A stretch of 36,062 nt of DNA from a virus, in the IMG/VR virus record IMGVR_UViG_3300031853_000142, positions 1 to 36,062 of that record; one strand, written 5' to 3'. The notes beneath the pieces were generated by a model. The model saw nothing but the letters and a program-made list of their open reading frames with translations. It was not told where the DNA came from and ran no database searches. Positions 25,200-34,107 of the stretch are shown piece by piece. Position numbers and translations under genes: made by a program. Numbering within the stretch: the first letter of the stretch is position 1; each line of letters opens with the position of its first letter.

Positions 25200-25387
25200 T
25201 GATGCTTATGTCAATACAAAAAATAATCTTAAACCAGAAAATAGCCAACCGATTATATGATTGCCTGGGCGATCATAAACTCGTGATTGAATACCAAGCA
25301 AAAATCAATGAAAGAAACCATAAGGAGAATATCATTAATAAGAGTGATATTGTCTTTACGGATGAGAATGGAAACTACATACAGTGA
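25199..25387 (+). CDS. Hypothetical protein
   Basis: TAATG coupling with the endolysin stop. Confidence 0.55.
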   Translation: MMLMSIQKIILNQKIANRLYDCLGDHKLVIEYQAKINERNHKENIINKSDIVFTDENGNYIQ

Positions 25388-25400
25388 GGTGAAAATTTTT

Positions 25401-25709
25401 ATGTCAAACCATACTGGAAACCTATCAACTATCGTGAAAATGATACTTCTGACCGTCTTGCCCTACATCATAGCAGACACACAAACCCAAGACCAAGTAA
25501 TAAGCATAATCCTTGCAATCGTGGGTCTTATTATTGCTTATGTTGATGCGAAGTATCCGAATACATTGGCTTTCCTTGATAATGATGAGAGTTTGGAGGA
25601 GCCGGCACAGGTCGGTGAAATCAGACAACCAATAATCCTGAACGAGGAGTACATCGAGCCAATCCCAGAAATAGAAGCCGAAACCGAAACCAATGATGAT
25701 GGATGCTAA
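25401..25709 (+). CDS. Putative holin
   Basis: GAGGTG SD before ATG 25401; two hydrophobic helices then an acidic tail; adjacent to the endolysin. Confidence 0.65.
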   Translation: MSNHTGNLSTIVKMILLTVLPYIIADTQTQDQVISIILAIVGLIIAYVDAKYPNTLAFLDNDESLEEPAQVGEIRQPIILNEEYIEPIPEIEAETETNDDGC

Positions 25710-25722
25710 AAACCTATAAAAC

Positions 25723-25753
25723 TTTTTTTACTTTTTTTTATTATTTTTTTTTT
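25723..25753 (+). terminator. Multiple oligo-T tracts ending the late/lysis operon
   Basis: Three consecutive T7-T10 runs. Confidence 0.6.
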
Positions 25754-25816
25754 GAATATGCTCAAATCACAACTTATATATATTATTACCGATATAATGT
25801 ACAACTAGGTGATACA

Positions 25817-26329
25817 ATGTTTTACGAAAACATAGAATATGATATAATATCAGATATTCCATTAGAGGAACTGCAAAAATACCTAGTTGAAAACAATATT
25901 TATCTTAATATGTCCACCACAACAGAAAAATGGGCAGGATTTAGTCATTATTACGCAAGAGAACACGGCCTTAATGATGTGTATGCTGGAAGTTTCGCTA
26001 ATATGGTAGCACAATTTGTCACTGGAATGAGTTGCAGCTGCGGAACTGAAATGTATTTGAAAGAAGAGAAAATAGAGTATGAAATCTTGAAAATAAGTGA
26101 CAGGATAAGATTGTCAAATTTCACTGATGAAGAAAAAGTTAAGATGTTGTTTCATGAGATCTTCAAGTTCTACAATTCAGACAATTTTCAGCAGTATGAA
26201 TTAGCTTTTGGTAGGCTGGATTGCAGACTTACTTATACTGATACTGTCTTGTTTGAAAAAGTTGAGGGGGATAACCCTACTCAAAAAGTTAGAAATCTTC
26301 TTAGGTTCTATGATGATCATACGGAATAA
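25817..26329 (+). CDS. Stand-alone accessory (moron-like) protein, 170 aa, unknown function
   Basis: AGGTGAT SD before ATG 25817; own TATA box upstream and T-tract downstream. Confidence 0.75.
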   Translation: MFYENIEYDIISDIPLEELQKYLVENNIYLNMSTTTEKWAGFSHYYAREHGLNDVYAGSFANMVAQFVTGMSCSCGTEMYLKEEKIEYEILKISDRIRLSNFTDEEKVKMLFHEIFKFYNSDNFQQYELAFGRLDCRLTYTDTVLFEKVEGDNPTQKVRNLLRFYDDHTE

Positions 26330-26444
26330 TTTTTCTTTTTATTATTTTTTTGATTTATTCAGAAAAGTTTATATACTATGAATGACATACTATGTACAAC
26401 GAAGTATAACATTACTCCAAAACAGAAATAAACGAAGTGATAAA

Positions 26445-26750
26445 ATGACAGAATATGTAGAATTTGAAATTGTAAGCACCGAAAACAGTCAAATAACCCT
26501 CAAAGGATATGTGGACATCACAACAATCGATGATGATGAACCTGAAATCGGCTACTATGACCACCAAGGATTTACCACCACAAACCTGCCAAAAAACCCA
26601 TTTGACTTCGCAGAAAAAGAGCATATGCAATACTACAACTTGATCCAAAAATGGGCAGAAGACTCCCAGTTCCTGCAATGGATATGGGATTGTAAAGATG
26701 ACAACAGAAGGGAAATAGACAGAGGAAATTACTATTTAATAATCAATTAA
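26445..26750 (+). CDS. Stand-alone accessory (moron-like) acidic protein, 101 aa, unknown function
   Basis: TTTATATA box at 26368-26375; AGTGAT SD-like site; T-rich region downstream. Confidence 0.7.
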   Translation: MTEYVEFEIVSTENSQITLKGYVDITTIDDDEPEIGYYDHQGFTTTNLPKNPFDFAEKEHMQYYNLIQKWAEDSQFLQWIWDCKDDNRREIDRGNYYLIIN

Positions 26751-27049
26751 AACTAATTTTTGTTTAATCGAGTATAATAATTTCATTATAGTATTCCTTT
26801 TTTTCTATTTTCATTTTTTTATTACATTTACTCGTTTTTTTATTACTACCTTATTGCTTTTTAACCCTAAAAAAACAAACCAAAATACATACCATACACA
26901 AAAAAGTGATAAAAATATGAAAAACCGGTAGAAACCAAACAAGGTTTCATCTAAAAAACAACCAAAGTTTCCACCCCACAAAGCATATTACTTTTCAAAT
27001 GCACTCACTCTATTTTAAAAAAGACCAAAAAACAAAAAGGTAAAACACA

Positions 27050-28168
27050 ATGATATACGAAGAAGACAAAAAACTTCTTCAAGAAATAAGCACCGCTAAA
27101 AACCTGAACAAAAACACGATAAGCAATTACAGGTCAAGCATAAAACAATACACACAATGCATTGGAAAAAGCATGACCAACTTGCTAATCGAAGCAGAAA
27201 CGGAGGAAGAACAAGGCATACGGTGGAAAAAAAGGAAAATCAGGACACACCTAATACGGTACCGGGCACACCTAATAGACAAGTACGAGTACGAAGGAAC
27301 CATCCGAGTATACCTAACAAAAATACTCGCAATCTACCGACACTACGAGATAGAACTCCAACCACTACCACAGGTAAGCACACGAGACAAAACCCAGACA
27401 ATGGTCAAATACGCGGACTTACCTGACAAGGAAATAATCCGAAGAGCCCTAAACATTGCAGACCCACAAACTAAAGCAATAATCTTGCTAATCTGCAGTG
27501 GGGGGATGGGCAGGACTGAAGTCACAAATCTCACAGTACAAGACTTCATAACCGCGACCAGTGAATACCACAACAAAACGGACATCCATGAAGTCCTGCA
27601 AGAGTTAGATCCAAACACTGATATAATCCCAACTTGGCAAGTGCACCGGCAGAAAACCAACAAGGATTATTATACTTTCAGCACACCTGAGAGCACAAGG
27701 GCAATCCTCTACTACTTATACGACACACGGCGAAACCTAACAAGCGAGGACTTATTGTTTGGGATAAAACCGGATTACCTGGGAAGGAAATTCAGGACGA
27801 TTAACAACAGATTAGGACTTGGCAAGGTTGGAGCATACAACCGGTTCCGACCCCATATGCTCAGGAAGTATCATGCAAGCCAACTCAACCAGGGCAAGCA
27901 TAAGCTGAGCCTTGATGAAGTGGATAGTTTGCAGGGACGAGGCAAGAGTGGCACACGGGCTTCCTATTTCCTATCCAATCCAGAGGATTTACGGCGTAAG
28001 TATTGTTTGAATATGGGCGAGCTGCTTATTCTTGAAGCTGAAAAAAAGAGTAATGATAGTGAGTTGCTTGAATTGCAAAGACGGTATGATGAATTACAGG
28101 CTAATATTAAGGAGGCTGCACGTTTGGAGGTGAAAAAGATACTTGAAGAATTAGGTTACAAATTATAG
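27050..28168 (+). CDS. int: Tyrosine recombinase/integrase
   Basis: Catalytic R (GMGRTEV), K (RQKT), HxxR (PHMLRKYH), LQGR and Y (ASYF); N-terminal core-binding domain. Confidence 0.93.
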   Translation: MIYEEDKKLLQEISTAKNLNKNTISNYRSSIKQYTQCIGKSMTNLLIEAETEEEQGIRWKKRKIRTHLIRYRAHLIDKYEYEGTIRVYLTKILAIYRHYEIELQPLPQVSTRDKTQTMVKYADLPDKEIIRRALNIADPQTKAIILLICSGGMGRTEVTNLTVQDFITATSEYHNKTDIHEVLQELDPNTDIIPTWQVHRQKTNKDYYTFSTPESTRAILYYLYDTRRNLTSEDLLFGIKPDYLGRKFRTINNRLGLGKVGAYNRFRPHMLRKYHASQLNQGKHKLSLDEVDSLQGRGKSGTRASYFLSNPEDLRRKYCLNMGELLILEAEKKSNDSELLELQRRYDELQANIKEAARLEVKKILEELGYKL

Positions 28169-28276
28169 AAAATAAAAATTAGTAGGGGTATGGCTGCCAA
28201 AGCAGTAGTATAGAATAGAGAATAATACGATAAAAAAAAAGAGAGTTCCATTAGTTAAAATAATAACTTATAATTT

Positions 28277-28291
28277 TTTGCACAAATAGGA
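28277..28291 (+). repeat. 15-bp direct repeat TTTGCACAAATAGGA, copy 1 (copy 2 at 28741-28755)
   Basis: Exact match; both copies are followed 9-12 nt later by ACTATGAAAA. Confidence 0.85.
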
Positions 28292-28403
28292 TTTATTTTT
28301 TGAACTATGAAAACCTTTACTTTTTATAGCATTGTTTATCTTCAGCAACCATGAACTTATTTTTGTCCATGATTACTTATAAAGATGTCGCTACATTAAG
28401 GTT

Positions 28404-28595
28404 TTAATCGTCGCTATTTTCTCTCTTTTTTACTGTTATCACCTTCTCATCATCGATGACATTGACAGTCCAAGTCAACTCATCATTGGGTTCAACTTCT
28501 AAAACATCACCAATTGCCTTCGGAATGCCAGTTCGGAGGCTATTACTGGTGGTGTTTGCCTTATTGATTTTACTATGCTGTTTCAAGATTATCAT
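28404..28595 (-). CDS. AbrB/MazE/SpoVT-family DNA-binding protein, putative lysogeny/early-gene regulator
   Basis: SNSLRTGIPKAIGDVLEVEPNDELTWTV swapped-hairpin signature; GAGGT SD; the only minus-strand gene, divergent from the early operon. Confidence 0.85.
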   Translation of the reverse strand: MIILKQHSKINKANTTSNSLRTGIPKAIGDVLEVEPNDELTWTVNVIDDEKVITVKKRENSDD

Positions 28596-28635
28596 ACCTC
28601 TTGTTATATTTTTCGTTATATATAATTATACTTTT

Positions 28636-28690
28636 TATCTATAATAAATGTTGCCATTAAGTTAAACAAAAAGTCGCAACTTTTATATAA
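28636..28690. promoter_or_regulatory. Back-to-back divergent promoters with palindromic operator AAAAGTCGCAACTTTT
   Basis: Rightward GCAACTTTTATATA and leftward (reverse complement) GCAACATTTATTATA; palindrome at 28669-28684. Confidence 0.55.
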
Positions 28691-28740
28691 GATGAAAACA
28701 AATAATAAAACAAGCAAGACTTAAAATCTTGACTTAAAAA

Positions 28741-28755
28741 TTTGCACAAATAGGA
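28741..28755 (+). repeat. 15-bp direct repeat TTTGCACAAATAGGA, copy 2
   Basis: Exact match to 28277-28291; forms the leader of ORF 28768. Confidence 0.85.
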
Positions 28756-28767
28756 AAATTTGGTACT

Positions 28768-28899
28768 ATGAAAATAGAAAACGAAACCCTGGTCATACTC
28801 CCTAACGGGGAACTGACCAACGGAGAAAACATAATACGAGCATTAAAGCTCGAAGAAAGAATACTGAAATTTGCCAAAGAAGGTGAAAACAATGGTTAA
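28768..28899 (+). CDS. Small hypothetical protein (43 aa, MKIENETLVILPNGEL...)
   Basis: First ORF of the early operon; overlaps the next start; not in the ORF track. Confidence 0.6.
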   Translation: MKIENETLVILPNGELTNGENIIRALKLEERILKFAKEGENNG

Positions 28900-29071
28900 G
28901 CAGAAACTTTACGCGATCAACCCAGACAGTATCTGGTGCATCGGCAGTCGGGGTAAATGCTACGAAGCCTACCTCGGCAGAACTGTTAAACGAAGCCAAC
29001 TCAAACTTGGCAAGACAGTAGAAGTCGAATTCCACAATCACAAAGCCTACATCAAGGGAGTGTGCCAATAA
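28892..29071 (+). CDS. Small hypothetical protein (beta-rich)
   Basis: AGGTGA SD before ATG 28892. Confidence 0.65.
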   Translation: MVKQKLYAINPDSIWCIGSRGKCYEAYLGRTVKRSQLKLGKTVEVEFHNHKAYIKGVCQ

Positions 29072-29253
29072 TGGAACCATGGGAACATGACGAAATATTC
29101 AACACAACACACTCAATTGATGCACCAGATGAACAAATCCCACCATATGATCCTTATGATGAGGAGCAGTACATGGTGGATTGTTACTTAAATGATGAGG
29201 CTTATTTGGAAGCCCATATAAGCAGCCTGCTTGGTGAAGAGGTGAAACTATGA
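29071..29253 (+). CDS. Small acidic hypothetical protein
   Basis: TAATG coupling. Confidence 0.65.
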   Translation: MEPWEHDEIFNTTHSIDAPDEQIPPYDPYDEEQYMVDCYLNDEAYLEAHISSLLGEEVKL

Positions 29254-29459
29254 AGAATGGACTGCAAAACTTCCTTGCATATTGTTATATGTGTTATACT
29301 GGCAAGGCAAGACTGGACCGTGTACAGACTGATATCCACAGGACACTTGTCCTGGTTGGTTTTGTAACACTCCTTGTTTTAGCATTTCTAGGGCTTGTAG
29401 CACTTTGCTTCATTATAAAGCCACCGGAGTATTATAGTACTCCTTTGGCTTTTTTATAG
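29250..29459 (+). CDS. Small membrane protein
   Basis: One long hydrophobic helix LVLVGFVTLLVLAFLGLVALCFII; GAGGTGA SD. Confidence 0.7.
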   Translation: MKNGLQNFLAYCYMCYTGKARLDRVQTDIHRTLVLVGFVTLLVLAFLGLVALCFIIKPPEYYSTPLAFL

Positions 29460-29470
29460 GAGGATTTTTG

Positions 29471-29659
29471 ATGAGAACTATCAAGAAACAAGAAACAATC
29501 CGTACCGATTGGCATGGCATCTTGAAAGAGATTAACCGAATAGGTGTATTCGGTGCCAAGAAAGTACAAACCATCAGCATCAAGCAATACGAGTCAGACC
29601 TACATAATAAACCAGAGTACACACTTACCATCAATACTTTGGAGGAGAGAGATGACTAG
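29471..29659 (+). CDS. Hypothetical protein
   Basis: AGGAGG SD; ORF track. Confidence 0.7.
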   Translation: MRTIKKQETIRTDWHGILKEINRIGVFGAKKVQTISIKQYESDLHNKPEYTLTINTLEERDD

Positions 29660-29846
29660 TATTGGAGAGTTAGCAGACGAACTATTAGAAACCATAGCAC
29701 TGGAAGACGAAATGTACTTCCAACGGCATGGCTTCTACACCACAAGGACAAGGGCAAACGAATGCCGAGTCCTTGTCTTTGAAATACCAAACGAACAAAA
29801 GAAACTTGAAGATTTTAACATATGGAGATGTAAGAATGGCAACTAA
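29652..29846 (+). CDS. Hypothetical protein (MTSIGELADELLE...)
   Basis: GGAGG SD before ATG 29652. Confidence 0.65.
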   Translation: MTSIGELADELLETIALEDEMYFQRHGFYTTRTRANECRVLVFEIPNEQKKLEDFNIWRCKNGN

Positions 29847-30222
29847 AAAAGAAGCTGAAGAGAACCCTTTTGAAGAAATGAAACCATTACGATACACCGA
29901 TACTGTTTACAACTGCATCGGACTATGGAGACAAAAAGGCATCGACGTCAACATGATGCTAATCAAAGAACTAGAAGGAGCAAAGAAAAACCTAGACGTC
30001 TACCGACAGAAAGTCGATATTGACAAAAACACCCTGTTGCTTGAAACCAACTGGGACAATGTGAACGAAGAAAGAAAAGCACAAGGCCTCCCAAAAATAT
30101 CAAATGAGAGTATGAGGAAGGCTTACATAGACTCTCAACTCGTACAAGAAAAAAGAGAACTAAACACACTCACAGTCGAATATGAGACACTATTAAGAAT
30201 TTATGATGCAATCAAGGAGTAA
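29836..30222 (+). CDS. Helical/coiled-coil hypothetical protein
   Basis: GGAG SD before ATG 29836. Confidence 0.7.
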   Translation: MATKKEAEENPFEEMKPLRYTDTVYNCIGLWRQKGIDVNMMLIKELEGAKKNLDVYRQKVDIDKNTLLLETNWDNVNEERKAQGLPKISNESMRKAYIDSQLVQEKRELNTLTVEYETLLRIYDAIKE

Positions 30223-30227
30223 ATACT

Positions 30228-30581
30228 ATGGCATTTGAAACAATAGAACCTGGAGTAGACGAAACAAGCAGATACTGGGAACCACTAACAGTTGGAGACC
30301 GAATAGAAGGAAACGTAATAGACTTTGTAGAAGACAACTACGGCAACACAAGAATATTATTAGAACTTGAAAGTGGCTTCGAAAAAGAACTACCATCACA
30401 CAGAGACCTGCAAAGATACAACCGCAAAGTCGACATCGGCGACTACATCAGAGTAACCCTTGCGAAGATAATCCCAAGCAATAATGAAAATTATGCGGAT
30501 AAAAGGGTTTACAAGGTTGAAAAAGACCCATCACGCCGTGTAGAGTATGAAGAAGACGAAGGTGAAGTATATGACTACTAA
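30228..30581 (+). CDS. Putative OB-fold single-stranded DNA-binding protein
   Basis: YWEP...GDRIEGNVI...VDIGDYIRVT beta-barrel pattern, acidic C-terminal tail, next to a putative annealing protein; pattern-level inference. Confidence 0.5.
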   Translation: MAFETIEPGVDETSRYWEPLTVGDRIEGNVIDFVEDNYGNTRILLELESGFEKELPSHRDLQRYNRKVDIGDYIRVTLAKIIPSNNENYADKRVYKVEKDPSRRVEYEEDEGEVYDY

Positions 30582-31389
30582 AAACGAAATCATAGAGGCG
30601 GAGGCAAAAACCTCCTCCCTCGACCTAATCAAAGACGAAAACAAACTCAAAACCGAAAACCATAACGCCCTAGCAGTAGTACACGAAGTATTGCACAACA
30701 AGGAGAAGCCTGTTATCGTGAACGGTAAAAGGCATCTTGAATTTGAAGACTGGATCGCACTAGGCAATGCATTCGGAATAGCCGTACGGACAGGTGAAGC
30801 AGAACCAGTCGAGATATTTGAAGCCAAAGGATTCAAAGCAAGAGCCGAAGTAGTCAGAGTATCCGATGGCATAATCATTGGAGGAGCCGAAGCTTACTGC
30901 TTGAACAATGAAAGAAACTGGAGAAACAAGGATTACTTCCAAATGGCTAGCATGGCACAGACCAGAGCCGGCAGTAAAGCCTTAAGCAACCAGTTAAGAG
31001 GATTTGTCTCCTTGGATAAGAACCTTAATGGTACACCATCCGAGGAAATGGTAGGGATAAACAATGAGAAAAAAGGTCAAGTTAGGCGTAGGAAGAAGGC
31101 TCCGGCACAACCGAAAAAAGAAAAAGAAGCCGAAGAAGAAGTCATCGAAGCCGAAATAGTTGAAGAAAAACCAAAATCCGATAATCCTGCATTAGTCTTA
31201 AAGGGGACTAATAATGTTGTCTTAGGTGAATGGTTCCGAAAAATAATACAAAAACTCGAAAGACGCGGAGACGAACTAACCAAGAAAAACTTCACCCGCA
31301 TCAGTAAGCTTTGGGCCTATGATAACCAATACCCAGACTTCAATGAGGACATATGCAAAGAATTACTAAGCCACGTGGAAGAAGCATAA
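30571..31389 (+). CDS. Putative ssDNA-annealing recombinase-like protein
   Basis: VIVNGKRHLEFEDW...FKARAEVV...ASMAQTRAGSKAL resembles phage annealing proteins; K/E-rich linker; GGTGA SD at ATG 30571. Confidence 0.5.
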   Translation: MTTKNEIIEAEAKTSSLDLIKDENKLKTENHNALAVVHEVLHNKEKPVIVNGKRHLEFEDWIALGNAFGIAVRTGEAEPVEIFEAKGFKARAEVVRVSDGIIIGGAEAYCLNNERNWRNKDYFQMASMAQTRAGSKALSNQLRGFVSLDKNLNGTPSEEMVGINNEKKGQVRRRKKAPAQPKKEKEAEEEVIEAEIVEEKPKSDNPALVLKGTNNVVLGEWFRKIIQKLERRGDELTKKNFTRISKLWAYDNQYPDFNEDICKELLSHVEEA

Positions 31390-31449
31390 CCCCCATCTTC
31401 CACCACTTTTTTTTATCACCCAAACAAATACGGGAGGTGAAAAACCACA

Positions 31450-33486
31450 ATGACAGCACAAGTCAAAACAATACAAAGCCTAACCCAAACACTAACAGAA
31501 ATCAAACCAGAACTCACAGACACACTACTCAGACAAATCATAAGCGAAATGTTCACACAAGAAGTAGATCCAGAAACCTGTGAAGACATCATAAGGCCAT
31601 TATGTGAAAACCTTGTCAACAATCCTGATTTTGAAACCATGTTTGACTGGGCCGACATAAACACATACCTAAATAATATCTACTCCTTAGAGGATAAGCC
31701 TAATACTGGATTAGATGGTGTTAGTTTTTTATTGTCAAGGAATTATGATGAGGCTGAAACCACAATGTTCAATCGTCGGTTGAAAAAGGCTTTGGCTCCG
31801 TATGGTACTAAAAAGGTTTACAGGGAGAAAACCGGAACCAACACCAGTATCATACTTAATCAGAAACTGGAGATAATCCAGTATGAATGGGATAATGGTA
31901 AGAAAGGCGAAAGGAACCTTGAAACTGTGATTAATGCTTATCCTCAGGAAGTTATAATCCATGACAGTCCACTCGATGATATTGGCAGGACATTCACTAT
32001 ACGATGGGTGAGTAAAACCAGTAGCAGAGTATTCGAGACCAATCGTAAAACCATCAAGGAAATCGAACAATACCTTGAAGAAGCCGGATGGGTAATAACA
32101 CCAAGACGATTAAAAGGAACACTCGCAGCAGTAATCCAAATCGCAGTCAAATACAAACTCGCCCAAATGCATAACGAGATTGACAACCCTGGAGTGTACT
32201 GGGATAAAACCAATGAAGAATTGAAAATCATCCACCTTGATGTAGATGAGCCAAGCCAAGATGAAGTAAATGAGGCACTTAATGTCATAGATTTACTTGC
32301 TCCCTTCTTTAAAGGACATGAAACCAAACTAAGTACCTGTTTAAAATGGGGATTAATGAGTATATTTGATTACAGTATCAAACAGATAGGTGGTAAATGG
32401 ATGCCTTGGCTATACTTGTATGGTAAGGCTGGAAGTGGTAAGACCACCCTTGGCGAAATCATACTCTTCATCTATGATATCCCTAACGAGGATAACAACC
32501 TAGGCGGAAGCAGTTTCGACACTGTCGCAAGAGTCGGAAGCAGAGTAAGCCAATTCACCAAACCAATAATGGTAAGCGAACCAGAAGGAGCACTCAACAA
32601 GCCTTCAATCGTTGGAATGCTCAAAACCGCGATAGAATCCACAACCGCCCGTGGAAGATACCAAGGCAAAGCCTACAGGACAATACCAAGCTTCAGCTGT
32701 GGAATAATAACCGCAAACCAAGGCTTACCGTCAGGTGATGCATTATTCAGAAGATTCACCAGCATCCTATTCAGCCACAACGAAAAAAAGGCCGCAGATA
32801 ACAAGAAAGAATTTGATGAAATCTTCAAAATAAACAGTCCTAAAAGAAGCATACTCAACAAATTAAAGGCTCTGGGTAATTATTTCATAACCGAAATAAA
32901 AAGCAACCCAGAATTATTACTCAACGATTGGCAAGAAACAGCAGACCTACTAGTAGGAAGAGCATACCTAGACACCGGCCACGATATGCCAAGTTGGATA
33001 CTGGACTGGCACAAAACCGAAACACTCGACGATCTAGATGAAGAAGAAATCGAAGAAATCAGATTATTCCTGATAGAGAAAATAAACCGAGCCACACAGA
33101 AAGTCCAAGTATGGAGTGAAGAAACCGGCAGACCATTAAACCAACAAGACCTTGACACGGATTTCAAAACCAATGATGATTTCAATGATAGAGTGTGGAG
33201 TGTGTTGAATGAGAAGCTGATTCCTTGGCTTGACCTTCACCGTGGCCGTGATGGGACTATTAATGTGGTTTGCAGTAGCGGTATAAAGAAGGAACTTAAA
33301 CAGATTACTAGCAGCAGCTATAACTTGCAATCCATTAGCGAATTGTTAGGCTGGGAATACAAGCCAATATTGATTAATGGTAAAACTAAGCGGATGATGA
33401 TTGTTAATTATCATGATTTCCTGGATTTCCTGTATCCTAAACTTGACGAGTATGATGGCGAAGGCAACTTTGAGGTGATAAGGTAA
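31450..33486 (+). CDS. Replication protein with superfamily 3 helicase/P-loop ATPase domain
   Basis: Walker A YLYGKAGSGKTT; degenerate Walker B IMVSE; motif C GIITANQ; followed by an iteron cluster. Confidence 0.8.
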   Translation: MTAQVKTIQSLTQTLTEIKPELTDTLLRQIISEMFTQEVDPETCEDIIRPLCENLVNNPDFETMFDWADINTYLNNIYSLEDKPNTGLDGVSFLLSRNYDEAETTMFNRRLKKALAPYGTKKVYREKTGTNTSIILNQKLEIIQYEWDNGKKGERNLETVINAYPQEVIIHDSPLDDIGRTFTIRWVSKTSSRVFETNRKTIKEIEQYLEEAGWVITPRRLKGTLAAVIQIAVKYKLAQMHNEIDNPGVYWDKTNEELKIIHLDVDEPSQDEVNEALNVIDLLAPFFKGHETKLSTCLKWGLMSIFDYSIKQIGGKWMPWLYLYGKAGSGKTTLGEIILFIYDIPNEDNNLGGSSFDTVARVGSRVSQFTKPIMVSEPEGALNKPSIVGMLKTAIESTTARGRYQGKAYRTIPSFSCGIITANQGLPSGDALFRRFTSILFSHNEKKAADNKKEFDEIFKINSPKRSILNKLKALGNYFITEIKSNPELLLNDWQETADLLVGRAYLDTGHDMPSWILDWHKTETLDDLDEEEIEEIRLFLIEKINRATQKVQVWSEETGRPLNQQDLDTDFKTNDDFNDRVWSVLNEKLIPWLDLHRGRDGTINVVCSSGIKKELKQITSSSYNLQSISELLGWEYKPILINGKTKRMMIVNYHDFLDFLYPKLDEYDGEGNFEVIR

Positions 33487-33489
33487 AAA

Positions 33490-33715
33490 CACAAGATTAC
33501 ATTTGAAATTACATTTTGTCTTTGTAATTCCAAAACATTGGAGAACCCAGTATTTTGTAGTTTTGAGTATTCATAGGATTTATTATAAAATTACAAAATT
33601 TTTTCAATGGGTATTGGTATATTACAGAGAGACCTTTTTTATTGTTTGTAATTTTGTAATAATGTAATTCTAAACAATAAGATAAGCAATGTAATTTTGT
33701 AATTTTGTAATTTCA
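33490..33715. repeat. Putative replication origin: 11 copies of ATTACA/TGTAAT in both orientations
   Basis: ATTACA at 33496, 33508, 33590, 33621; TGTAAT at 33523, 33647, 33655, 33663, 33690, 33698, 33706 (8-bp period in two triplets). Confidence 0.7.
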
Positions 33716-33738
33716 AAAAAAATATAAGGAGACAACTT

Positions 33739-34107
33739 ATGTTAACTTGTGAATACGATGAAAGAAACCAATGCAAAGGCTGCAAACTAGAAAACAACTG
33801 CCTACTCAAAATAGGACTAACACCCAGCCTAAGACAAATACAAGACCACATACGAGACCTACTCAAGTTGATAAACATGGCAGAAACAGACCTAAACACA
33901 ATCGACAAAATACAACGATTCATCGACAACGGATTATACGAGAAACAAAGAAACATCTTCGGCGATCCAATAACAAAGGTTAGTGATGTTGCCAATTATC
34001 CGCCAAGGGATGAAGTGGCTGAAGAGTTGGATGATTTACGGTATGAGCTTAAATTGTACAGGCGTAAGGAATTCGAATTGATTAAAGAAGTGGTGAATAA
34101 ATTATGA
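33739..34107 (+). CDS. Hypothetical protein with N-terminal Cys cluster
   Basis: C...CKGC...C; AGGAG SD. Confidence 0.7.
   Translation: MLTCEYDERNQCKGCKLENNCLLKIGLTPSLRQIQDHIRDLLKLINMAETDLNTIDKIQRFIDNGLYEKQRNIFGDPITKVSDVANYPPRDEVAEELDDLRYELKLYRRKEFELIKEVVNKL

Noticed and set aside
25703-25816. 5' extensions given by the ORF track (25703, 26382, 25287, 3404, 29544, 29728)
   Set aside because: They run through terminators, promoters or neighbouring genes; downstream ATGs have proper SD sites or align with paralogs
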